A stretch of 64,000 bases of DNA from NCBI GenBank assembly GCA_041686075.1, contig JAWLEO010000009.1, positions 30,488 to 94,487 of the forward strand, read 5' to 3'. Below are positions 43,463 to 51,748 of this stretch, in pieces. The notes under the pieces are model-generated. The model saw only the letters and a program-made list of their open reading frames with translations. It made no database searches and was not told where the DNA came from. Position 1 is the first letter of the stretch. Each line of letters begins with the position of its first letter. Both the position numbers and the translations under genes were made by a program. This DNA comes from Bacteroidales bacterium. Its GTDB lineage: Bacteria; Bacteroidota; Bacteroidia; Bacteroidales; VadinHA17.

Positions 43463-44116
43463 TTGAACAGGATTACAGTAATTAATACCAGGTTTGAGAA
43501 AGATTATCCTGACCTGTCTGATGTATCAGACATGCTGGATAGGCTGTCTGAGAAACATCCCATCAATACAGTTAATTGGGCTATTACAGAATATAAGCCT
43601 GAAGTAAATTTTAAAATAGCATATGGCAATAAGGAGATATACCTGAAATATTACGTGGGGGAGGAATATGTAAAGGCGGAGAAAACAGGCATAAACCAGG
43701 AAGTGTATGAGGATTCCTGTGTTGAATTCTTTTTTGCACCCGCTGGTGACGGGATATACTACAACCTGGAATTTAACGCTATCGGGGCCTTTCTCATTGG
43801 TCATGGAACGGGAAGGCATGACAGGAGCAGAATAGACCCTGCACCAGCAGGAAAGATACGATGCCTGCCCAGCCTGGGAAGAGAACCCTTCCCCGAAAAG
43901 CAGGGCTACCAGGAGTGGTCTCTCACCGTGGCCATCCCTTTAACGGTTTTTGTGAGGCATGCACTTGAGAGCCTCCGGGGTTCCTGGTTTAAAGCTAATT
44001 TTTATAAATGCGGGGATGATCTCACCGAGCCTCATTATCTTAGCTGGAATCCGGTTCTTTCTGAAGAACCTGATTTTCACCGGCCGGAATATTTTGGAGA
44101 AATATATTTTGAATAA
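43463..44116 (+). CDS. CBM9-like / DOMON-like protein without signal peptide
   Basis: 217 aa. The start is a TTG in the ORF track and is uncertain. The pattern DSCVEFFFAP...YYNLEFNAIG...ANFYKCGD resembles carbohydrate-binding family 9-like proteins (assigned from memory). Confidence 0.45.
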   Translation: MNRITVINTRFEKDYPDLSDVSDMLDRLSEKHPINTVNWAITEYKPEVNFKIAYGNKEIYLKYYVGEEYVKAEKTGINQEVYEDSCVEFFFAPAGDGIYYNLEFNAIGAFLIGHGTGRHDRSRIDPAPAGKIRCLPSLGREPFPEKQGYQEWSLTVAIPLTVFVRHALESLRGSWFKANFYKCGDDLTEPHYLSWNPVLSEEPDFHRPEYFGEIYFE

Positions 44117-44137
44117 TAAACTAAATTCATACATGCA

Positions 44138-45343
44138 ATGATCAGGGGAAATGTAATAATAGGACAATCAGGAGGGCCGACAGCGGTAATCAATTCCAGC
44201 CTGGCAGGGGTGATACACGCTGCCAAGGATTCTCCGGGTATTACCGGGATATACGGGATGCAATTTGGCATTGAAGGCTTTATGAATGAGTTGCTTATTG
44301 ACCTGGGCCGTCAGTCCGAAAAGGTAATTAAAGGATTGCGAAGCACTCCTTCTTCAGCCCTGGGATCATCAAGGCATAAGCTGGTGGAAAAAGATTTCCC
44401 GGTGATCCTGGAAGTACTGAAGAAATACAATATCAGGTATTTCTTTCTCATTGGCGGCAATGATACAATGGATACTATTAACAGGGTGGAAAAATACTGC
44501 CGGGGAAAGGATTACGAACTCATCGGAACAGGTATTCCCAAAACGGTGGATAACGACCTCTTCGGCACCGACCACACCCCGGGTTTCGCTTCAGCCGCAA
44601 GGTCAAATATCCTCAATGTTATGCAGGCAGGAGTGCTGGCCAGGGATATGCAAAAGGTTGATAAGTTTGTTGTTTACCAGACCATAGGACGTGATTCCGG
44701 GTGGCTGGCACTGGCTACTGCCCTTGCGGCAAAAAAGGAAGCAGATGCACCCCACCTGATATATGGTCCTGAATTTCCTTTTGACAGGGATAAGTTCCTC
44801 AGTGACGTGGAAAAATATATCAACTTGTACGGTTATGTTTCAGTTGTATGCGGTGAAGGACTGAAATATGCTGACGGCACGCCTGTTAGTCAATCAGCAA
44901 CAAAAGATAAATTCAGCAATATTGAATTTGGGGCTATGGGAGGCGCTAGCGTTGGCCTGAACCTGCATGGCATGATACACAAGGAATTTGGTTTCAGGGG
45001 AGAATTTCAGATCACGGAATCACTTATAATGAGTGATATCGTCAGGGCTTCAAAACTAGATCTCCAGGAAGCATACCTGTGCGGAACAAAGGCAGTTGAA
45101 ATTGCTGAATCAGGTGAGTCAGGTTATATGGTGAGCATGATAAGGCTGAAAAATCAACCTTACAGGATTGACTACGGGAAAGTGCTCCTTGGCGATGTGG
45201 CTGTGAAAGCCAAACCTGTGCCCGAGGATTATTACAACGAGGAAGGTAATTACGCCTCCCGTAAATTTATTGAGTATATGTTGCCACTGGCGGGGGAATT
45301 ACCTGAATTTACAGAGCTGGAAAAAATAAAACCAAAAATATAA
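44138..45343 (+). CDS. pfp: phosphofructokinase, probably PPi-dependent (PFP)
   Basis: 401 aa with GQSGGPTAVINSS, GGNDT and IPKTVDNDL...TDHTPGF. The Asp and Lys at the positions equivalent to E. coli PfkA G104 and G124 are the PPi-type signature. Confidence 0.75.
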   Translation: MIRGNVIIGQSGGPTAVINSSLAGVIHAAKDSPGITGIYGMQFGIEGFMNELLIDLGRQSEKVIKGLRSTPSSALGSSRHKLVEKDFPVILEVLKKYNIRYFFLIGGNDTMDTINRVEKYCRGKDYELIGTGIPKTVDNDLFGTDHTPGFASAARSNILNVMQAGVLARDMQKVDKFVVYQTIGRDSGWLALATALAAKKEADAPHLIYGPEFPFDRDKFLSDVEKYINLYGYVSVVCGEGLKYADGTPVSQSATKDKFSNIEFGAMGGASVGLNLHGMIHKEFGFRGEFQITESLIMSDIVRASKLDLQEAYLCGTKAVEIAESGESGYMVSMIRLKNQPYRIDYGKVLLGDVAVKAKPVPEDYYNEEGNYASRKFIEYMLPLAGELPEFTELEKIKPKI

Positions 45344-45353
45344 AATAAAGCCT

Positions 45354-46127
45354 ATGCCTACGGAATTCAATAAAATTGCCCTTTCATTGCATGCTCACCC
45401 TGATGATGCAGAGGCATGGAATGCCGGCACTCTTAAGTTGCTGAGAGACAAAGGATATAAAATAGTAATAGCAACCTTAACGGCCGGTCAGATGGGTGGC
45501 TGCAATATGACCATGGAAGAAACGGCGGAAATACGAGAGCAGGAAGCAAAAAAAGCAGCCGCGGTGCTGGATGCCGATTATTACTGCCTCGGCGGCCCCG
45601 ACGGCTTCCTTTTGGATACAAAGGATATGCGCCTGAAAGTAATATCTCTCATGCGAAAGGTAAAGGCAGGTATCGTATTTACACACCTGCCCTATGACTA
45701 TCATTCCGACCACAGGATAACGGCCAATATAGTGGAATCAGCCGCCATGATCTCATCCCTCGACCCCGTACCCGTTGAAGAGCCACCCCTGGAGGTGGTT
45801 CCCTTATTATACCATACCTCACCACTTACCCTCAGTGATCCCCTGGGTTCAGAAATTGCAGATCCTCATTTTTATGTTGATGTGAGCAGTGTAATCGACA
45901 GCAAACGCCAGATGCTGGAGCATCATGTCTCCCAGCAGGAGCTGATGAGACACATGCATAAGATGGAGGATTTTTTTGGATATGTGGTTGAAGGAAATAA
46001 AAATTACGGCAAAGACGTTAATGTCGAGTATGCAGAGGTATACTGGCAACATATGGGCGGAGGCTTTCAGAAAGAAAAGCAGGTACAGAGAGATCTTAAA
46101 GAATTTATCATAAATAACAACTATTGA
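45354..46127 (+). CDS. PIG-L/LmbE family N-acetylglucosaminyl deacetylase
   Basis: 257 aa with HAHPDDAE near the N-terminus and a downstream H-x-D-H (YHSDHR) motif. Confidence 0.8.
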   Translation: MPTEFNKIALSLHAHPDDAEAWNAGTLKLLRDKGYKIVIATLTAGQMGGCNMTMEETAEIREQEAKKAAAVLDADYYCLGGPDGFLLDTKDMRLKVISLMRKVKAGIVFTHLPYDYHSDHRITANIVESAAMISSLDPVPVEEPPLEVVPLLYHTSPLTLSDPLGSEIADPHFYVDVSSVIDSKRQMLEHHVSQQELMRHMHKMEDFFGYVVEGNKNYGKDVNVEYAEVYWQHMGGGFQKEKQVQRDLKEFIINNNY

Positions 46128-46131
46128 CATT

Positions 46132-47148
46132 ATGAACTTAAAAGAAGAGCGTTACAGTAAATTTGCACTGGTCCGGGAAATGATGGAGACACCCGAAATT
46201 ATTAAAACATTTGACCAGGAGGAAGCACACAAAATCGGTAAGCTGGTTAAAACTAAGAAAGGGATGTTCCTGACAGGAGAGGGAAGCAGCAGAATATTCC
46301 CCGCCAAAAGAGTGATTTATGATCTCCTGCGCAGGGGAACTGACCTTAAAGCATTCACCGATGGCTCAACCCAGGCACTGGAATATAATTTGAATGAGCT
46401 CGCTGTCTTCGGGGCATCGAACTCGGGCAAGACCAAGGAAGTGATAAGGCTTTTTAAGAAACTCAAGGAGGAAGGGCATGAGGCACGCTTTGGCCTCACC
46501 GCTAATATTGATACATGGCTTGAAGAACTGGCAGTCGAAACACACATCCTCAAATGTGGTAAGGAAGATGCCGTGGCAGCAACAAAATCAGTTTTTGAAC
46601 AGGCCCTCTTCTATGATGCACTTCTTCATTACCTTGACGGTGACGATATGGGAGGCCTTAATGAACTCGCAGACCATGTCCTTGAGGCCATGACGGTTAA
46701 AATTGATGACAAAGTCACCGATATCATCAGCAAGGCCGGTGTTATTTACTTTGCCGGAAGAAATACAGGTGTTGCCGAAGAACTAACCCTCAAAACAAAT
46801 GAGATAACAAGGAAGAAATCTGAATTTCTTGAAGGCACATACGCCGTGCACGGCATAGAAGAGGTGATGAATAAGGACGAAGTGCTTATATGGATCAGCC
46901 CCTTCCCTGACGAGATGGAAAAGTTTGACGAATGTTTGATCAAGGGTGTTGGTGTAAATATTGTTGCGATAGCTGATCATGACACACGGTTTCCCACCCT
47001 GGTAATTCCTGACGGTGGTAAATACAGGGAATATGTTGAGCTGGCAGCAGGATGGAATATACTGGTTGAAACAGGCATCAGGCTCGGCATCGACCTGGAC
47101 AAACCCGAGCGGGCACGCAAGGTGGGTAATGTATACACCGGTTCCTGA
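46132..47148 (+). CDS. SIS-domain sugar-phosphate isomerase/deaminase (NagB-II/GlmD/AgaS-like)
   Basis: 338 aa with two SIS-like halves (LTGEGSSRIFP; GASNSGKTKE; FAGRNTGVAEE). Confidence 0.7.
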   Translation: MNLKEERYSKFALVREMMETPEIIKTFDQEEAHKIGKLVKTKKGMFLTGEGSSRIFPAKRVIYDLLRRGTDLKAFTDGSTQALEYNLNELAVFGASNSGKTKEVIRLFKKLKEEGHEARFGLTANIDTWLEELAVETHILKCGKEDAVAATKSVFEQALFYDALLHYLDGDDMGGLNELADHVLEAMTVKIDDKVTDIISKAGVIYFAGRNTGVAEELTLKTNEITRKKSEFLEGTYAVHGIEEVMNKDEVLIWISPFPDEMEKFDECLIKGVGVNIVAIADHDTRFPTLVIPDGGKYREYVELAAGWNILVETGIRLGIDLDKPERARKVGNVYTGS

Positions 47149-47253
47149 GCACCGGCTCGCGGCTAAATTTATGGCAAGCCTTTCCCGGCTTGAATCATTG
47201 TGCTATATTTGTTAGTCTAACAATGAATCCGTTATTAACATATCATACTGCAA

Positions 47254-48225
47254 ATGGCTAAAAGACAAATTGCTGTCGGGATAGACATTGGTGGCACCAA
47301 CACTGTATTCGGACTTGTCGACAGGGAAGGTAAAATACTCTCGGAGGGAAGAGTAAAGACAAGCGAATTTGAGGATGTGGAAGTCTTCGTTGCTGCCTTG
47401 TATGAAAAGATTAATGTTACCGTGAGGAAACTGGGTAATTCAGCTGAACTGCTGGGTTACGGCATTGGTGCACCCATGGGTAATATTAATAAGGGTACAA
47501 TAGAACATCCCTCCAACCTCCCATGGAAAGGTATCATTCCACTGGCTGATTTATTTGGAAAGCACACTTCACTGCCGGTAACCGTTACCAATGATGCCAA
47601 TGCGGCTGCTGTTGGCGAAATGATATATGGAGGTGCCAGGGGTATGAAGAATTTTGTGGTGATAACATTGGGCTCGGGCCTGGGAAGTGGCCTGGTGGTT
47701 GATGGCAAACTGGTTTACGGTGCCAATGGCTTCGCAGGTGAAATAGGACATACCGCGATCAGGCCGGGAGCCTCAAACAGGATGTGCGCCTGTGGCAGGA
47801 AGGGATGCCTTGAGACCTATGTTTCAGCATCGGGCATTAAGAGAACGGTGCTTAAAATAATGGCCGACAGCATAGTCGATAGTGAACTGAGGGAATTGAG
47901 TTTCAATGAGCTCAATTCAAAAATTATCCATGATGCTGCACTGAGGGGCGATCCCATTGCACTGGAGGCTTTTGAACATACGGGAAGAATGCTGGGCTTC
48001 AAACTGGCCGATGTGGTTGCACATACCAATCCCGAGGCTATCTTTTTGTTTGGAGGACTGGCACTGGCAAAAGATCTTATCTTTGAACCGGCCCGTGAAT
48101 ATATGGAAGAACACCTGTTGAGCATTTACAAAGGCAAGGTGGAGTTGCTCCCTTCACAACTAAGCACTCAGAATGCTGCAGTGCTGGGCGCCAGCTCACT
48201 GGTATGGACTATTAAAGAATTATAA
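47254..48225 (+). CDS. ROK family sugar kinase (paralog 2)
   Basis: 323 aa, clearly paralogous to 42421-43377 (GIDIGGTNT, NDANAAAVGE, CACGRKGCLETY). A TATATTTG box lies at 47204-47211. Confidence 0.85.
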   Translation: MAKRQIAVGIDIGGTNTVFGLVDREGKILSEGRVKTSEFEDVEVFVAALYEKINVTVRKLGNSAELLGYGIGAPMGNINKGTIEHPSNLPWKGIIPLADLFGKHTSLPVTVTNDANAAAVGEMIYGGARGMKNFVVITLGSGLGSGLVVDGKLVYGANGFAGEIGHTAIRPGASNRMCACGRKGCLETYVSASGIKRTVLKIMADSIVDSELRELSFNELNSKIIHDAALRGDPIALEAFEHTGRMLGFKLADVVAHTNPEAIFLFGGLALAKDLIFEPAREYMEEHLLSIYKGKVELLPSQLSTQNAAVLGASSLVWTIKEL

Positions 48226-48623
48226 TGAATACTCTGATGACCAACTTCCCCGAAATCCTGAATTATATTCTGGGCGCATTATTTATCCTGATAGTATTTT
48301 CACTGGGCTATGCCTACCTGAAGCCCCACAGGATTCATAAGAGATATCCTTATTCAACACTCCTTCTCAAGATAAGCTACCTGCTTTACCTGCTGGTGCT
48401 GCTGGTGATAGTCTATCTTGCAAGTCTCGTAAAAGAAGGACTGGGGGCAGTATTCCTGGGGGTGGAATTCTATGCCTTCCTGCTGGTGCTCTTTGTACCC
48501 ACCATAGGTGTCTTTGCCCGTAAACTCGGACAGTTCAGAAAAAACAGGGAAAATTATTACTACTTCTTCACAGTCGTGAACATTTTGAGCATAATAGCCC
48601 TGGTTGTTATGTACGCAATATAG
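48225..48623 (+). CDS. small integral membrane protein, unknown function
   Basis: 132 aa with four hydrophobic segments. Its start overlaps the ROK stop (TAATG). Confidence 0.5.
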   Translation: MNTLMTNFPEILNYILGALFILIVFSLGYAYLKPHRIHKRYPYSTLLLKISYLLYLLVLLVIVYLASLVKEGLGAVFLGVEFYAFLLVLFVPTIGVFARKLGQFRKNRENYYYFFTVVNILSIIALVVMYAI

Positions 48624-48628
48624 AATTT

Positions 48629-48892
48629 AGGCTGAGGCTAAGGCTAAGGCTAAGGGGAAGGCAGGGGGCAGGGAGCAGGGAGCAGAGAGCAGGGAGCAGG
48701 GAGCAGGGGGCAGGGAGCAGGGAGCAGGGAGCAGGGGGCAGGGGGCAGGGTGGTCAAAATGGAACTGCTACCAGCTGCCAAATCATAATTAATAATTAAT
48801 ACTTAATTTCTCCTTCTCCTCACTGTGTCCGCCGAAGCTAGGCACGGATCGGGAGATCCGCGCCAGCGAAGGTGGAGCCTCAGCCTTAGCCT
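48629..48892. repeat. ORF-less composite element: (RAGGCT)n arm, 13 x GCAGGGR heptads, hairpin core, complementary arm
   Basis: Order of parts: aggctgaggctaaggctaaggctaagg (48629-48655); (GCAGGGR)13 (48661-48750); GGCACGGATC-GGGA-GATCCGCGCC hairpin (48841-48864); gagcctcagccttagcct (48875-48892). Confidence 0.8.
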
Positions 48893-48949
48893 AATATTAT
48901 TATTTTTTATTACTTTTGACTACTCATAGCCACTGAAATAAAGCAAGGA

Positions 48950-50059
48950 ATGCTGATCGGGGAAAAACATTACGAATCTATATGGCTTAACAAAGACGAT
49001 GATACTATTGTAAATATCATCGATCAAAATAAATTACCTTTCAAGTTTGAGATCTTAGACCTAAGATCGGTCGATGATGTCTTCAATGCCATCAGGAGTA
49101 TGAGCCTCAGGGGCGCTCCCTTAATAGGAGCAGCGGCCGCCTACGGTATGTACCTTGCCTGCCTGGAGATAACAATATATACAAAGACCAGGGACCATCT
49201 CAGGAATGCTGCAAAATACCTTGTTTCGGCACGCCCCACCGCGGTAAACCTGGAATGGGCGGTACAGAAGCAGATGGATCAACTGGCAAAAAATTGCAGG
49301 CGTGACAGGCTTGTCAAAACATCACTCAAGATTGCCCGGGACATTGCGAAGGAAGAAAAAGATAAATGCAGGAAGATAGGTGAATCGGGACTTGAAATTA
49401 TCAAAAAGATAAGCGAAAGAAAAAAAGGTGAAGACGTCAATATACTAACACACTGCAATGCCGGGTGGCTGGCATGTGTTGATTATGGCACAGCAACTGC
49501 CCCAATATATCTTGCCCATGACCGGGGCATCAAGGTACACGTCTGGGTCGATGAAACAAGGCCCCGCAACCAGGGAGCCAGGCTCACAACCTGGGAGCTT
49601 CAAAACCACGGTGTGCCATGTACGCTGGTAACTGACAATGCAGGCGGTTACCTCATGCAGAAAGGCAAGGTCGATATTGTTATTACCGGCAGCGACCGTA
49701 CCAGCCTGGGCGGCGACACGGCCAATAAGACGGGAACCTACCTAAAAGCACTGGCTGCCAAACATAACAATATACCTTTTTATGCAGCACTCCCAACATC
49801 CTCCATTGACGCTGATATTAAAAACGCTTTGAAAGAGATCCCTGTGGAAGAAAGGGACGCTAGGGAGGTATTATATGTTGAAGGATTGTATAACGATAAA
49901 ATTATAAATGCGAGGATAAGTCCGGAAAATACCAGGGCTGTAAATTATGGTTTTGATATAACGCCTGCTGAACTTATTACCGGTTTGATAACGGAAAAAG
50001 GCATATGCAGGGCAAGAGAAGAAGATATCAGAAAATTGTTATCAGAAAAAAAGGATTAA
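48950..50059 (+). CDS. mtnA: S-methyl-5-thioribose-1-phosphate isomerase
   Basis: 369 aa with LRGAPLIGAAAAYG, TRPRNQGARLT and ANKTGTY (eIF-2B-related family). Confidence 0.85.
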   Translation: MLIGEKHYESIWLNKDDDTIVNIIDQNKLPFKFEILDLRSVDDVFNAIRSMSLRGAPLIGAAAAYGMYLACLEITIYTKTRDHLRNAAKYLVSARPTAVNLEWAVQKQMDQLAKNCRRDRLVKTSLKIARDIAKEEKDKCRKIGESGLEIIKKISERKKGEDVNILTHCNAGWLACVDYGTATAPIYLAHDRGIKVHVWVDETRPRNQGARLTTWELQNHGVPCTLVTDNAGGYLMQKGKVDIVITGSDRTSLGGDTANKTGTYLKALAAKHNNIPFYAALPTSSIDADIKNALKEIPVEERDAREVLYVEGLYNDKIINARISPENTRAVNYGFDITPAELITGLITEKGICRAREEDIRKLLSEKKD

Positions 50060-50061
50060 AT

Positions 50062-50661
50062 ATGGAAGGAGTTATTAAATTTAATTGTTACTGGACCCAG
50101 TCCGGACCAGTTATTCCTGATGAGCCATATCACATTCTGAACTACTGGAGAGAAGTATTATTTAATATGGACCTGATCGGTGCCTATGAAAATGGTGTTG
50201 GATTCGGTAACATGAGTTGCCGCCAGGGTGATAGCAATAAGTTTTTTATTACAGCATCTGCAACCGGTGAGATACCCGTACTGGAGCCCGGTCACTATGT
50301 TAGGGTGGAAGGTTATAATTTCGAGGATAATGCCGTAAAGTGCACCGGGCCCCTCAAAGCCTCTTCAGAGTCGCTGACACATGCAGCTATTTATCAGGCA
50401 GACCCCGGAACTAACGCCATAATACATGTGCACAGTCTTGAACTATGGAAAAAACTGAAGGGCAAAGTGCCAACAACAAAAGATGAATTTGAATATGGCA
50501 CTGCAGGTCTGGCACTTGATATATTCAGGTTGTTCGAGGAAACCGATGTAATAGAAAAAAGAATAATTGTAATGGGTGGAGATCCTTCCGGCCTGATCAC
50601 TTTCGGTAACGAAATGGATGAAGCTATTAATGTCCTGATGTCATATATAGGAGAAGACTAA
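50062..50661 (+). CDS. class II aldolase/adducin-family protein (MtnB dehydratase or Ald2-type MTRu-1-P aldolase)
   Basis: 199 aa from the ATG at 50062 (the track start at 50005 overlaps mtnA). It has GNMSCR and the His-rich HAAIY...AIIHVHS metal site. Its stop overlaps the mtnP start (TAATG). Confidence 0.7.
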   Translation: MEGVIKFNCYWTQSGPVIPDEPYHILNYWREVLFNMDLIGAYENGVGFGNMSCRQGDSNKFFITASATGEIPVLEPGHYVRVEGYNFEDNAVKCTGPLKASSESLTHAAIYQADPGTNAIIHVHSLELWKKLKGKVPTTKDEFEYGTAGLALDIFRLFEETDVIEKRIIVMGGDPSGLITFGNEMDEAINVLMSYIGED

Positions 50662-51401
50662 TGGAAAAAATAGGCATAATAGGAGGTTCAGGACTGGAAG
50701 ACCCATACATACTTAAAGACCAGAAAGAGGTAGAATGCACCACCTGCTGGGGAGAGCCTTCATCTCCCCTACTCAGCGGTAAAATACATAATAAGGAGGT
50801 AATACTCCTTGCGCGGCATGGCAGGGAACATACCATCCCTCCCACCCAGGTTAACAACAGGGCTAACATATGGGCACTGCAAGAAAACGGATGCAGCAAG
50901 ATAATATCAACCACTGCCTGCGGAAGCCTTCGTGAAGAGATCGGGAGGGGCCATATAATTATCCCCGATCAGTTCATTGACTTTACCCGCAGGAGGGAGC
51001 TTAGCTTTTACGATATTTTTGATCCCGGTGATATGAAGCACACTCCCATGGCCGATCCCTTTGACAGGGAAATGCGCAAGCTGCTTATTAAGGCAGGCCG
51101 CAAACTGGATTTTCCCCTGCATGAAGCAGGAACCATTATTACTATCGAGGGACCAAGGTTTTCGACACGTGCCGAATCAAAAATGTTCAGAATGTGGGGT
51201 GCCGATCTCGTGAATATGTCCATAGCCCCGGAAGCCATACTCGCCAATGAGCTGGGTATACCCTATGTAACCATTGCCATGAGCACCGATTATGATTCAT
51301 GGCATGAGGATGAAGAACCCGTATCATGGCAGGAGGTTATCAGGATATTTAATGAGAATGTGACCAAGGTGGTGAATCTCATCCAGAAATTCTTCGAATG
51401 A
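50661..51401 (+). CDS. mtnP: S-methyl-5'-thioadenosine phosphorylase
   Basis: 246 aa with IGIIGGSGL, ARHGREHTIPP and VNMSIAPE. Confidence 0.85.
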   Translation: MEKIGIIGGSGLEDPYILKDQKEVECTTCWGEPSSPLLSGKIHNKEVILLARHGREHTIPPTQVNNRANIWALQENGCSKIISTTACGSLREEIGRGHIIIPDQFIDFTRRRELSFYDIFDPGDMKHTPMADPFDREMRKLLIKAGRKLDFPLHEAGTIITIEGPRFSTRAESKMFRMWGADLVNMSIAPEAILANELGIPYVTIAMSTDYDSWHEDEEPVSWQEVIRIFNENVTKVVNLIQKFFE

Positions 51402-51748
51402 AAATCCCTGCAGTCACTGACGCAACCTTAAAAGCCCCTTAACCATCTATACAAAAGATAGGGCAGATATAAAAAGTCTAAAAAATCATTGTCACATTAC
51501 ATGACGTAAGTCAAAGAGAAGAATTTGAATAAAATATTAAGTATGTCATTTGATTTGCTTTATATATTTAATTTTTTGTTTTGGTAAGCCAATGGAAAAT
51601 ATATCATGATGCTGAAGAAAAACCCTGAAAAAATGAACATTTTATTAATATTTTAATATATTTGGCTTCCTGATGCAGAAAAGAAGCAGAAAAAAAACAA
51701 AATAACTTAAAATCTAATTCCACTTCTATAAACCTAAAACAATAACTT

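Noticed and set aside
48624-48949. SAM or other riboswitch upstream of the mtnA-aldolase-mtnP genes
   Set aside because: The spacer is fully accounted for by repeat-family modules. I could not recognise the conserved SAM-I, SAM-II or SAM-SAH cores by eye. A covariance-model scan would be needed to exclude one.
50005-50061. N-terminal extension of the class II aldolase-family ORF (track start at 50005)
   Set aside because: The extension overlaps the last 55 nt of mtnA. The in-frame ATG at 50062 follows the mtnA stop directly and gives a typical-length protein.
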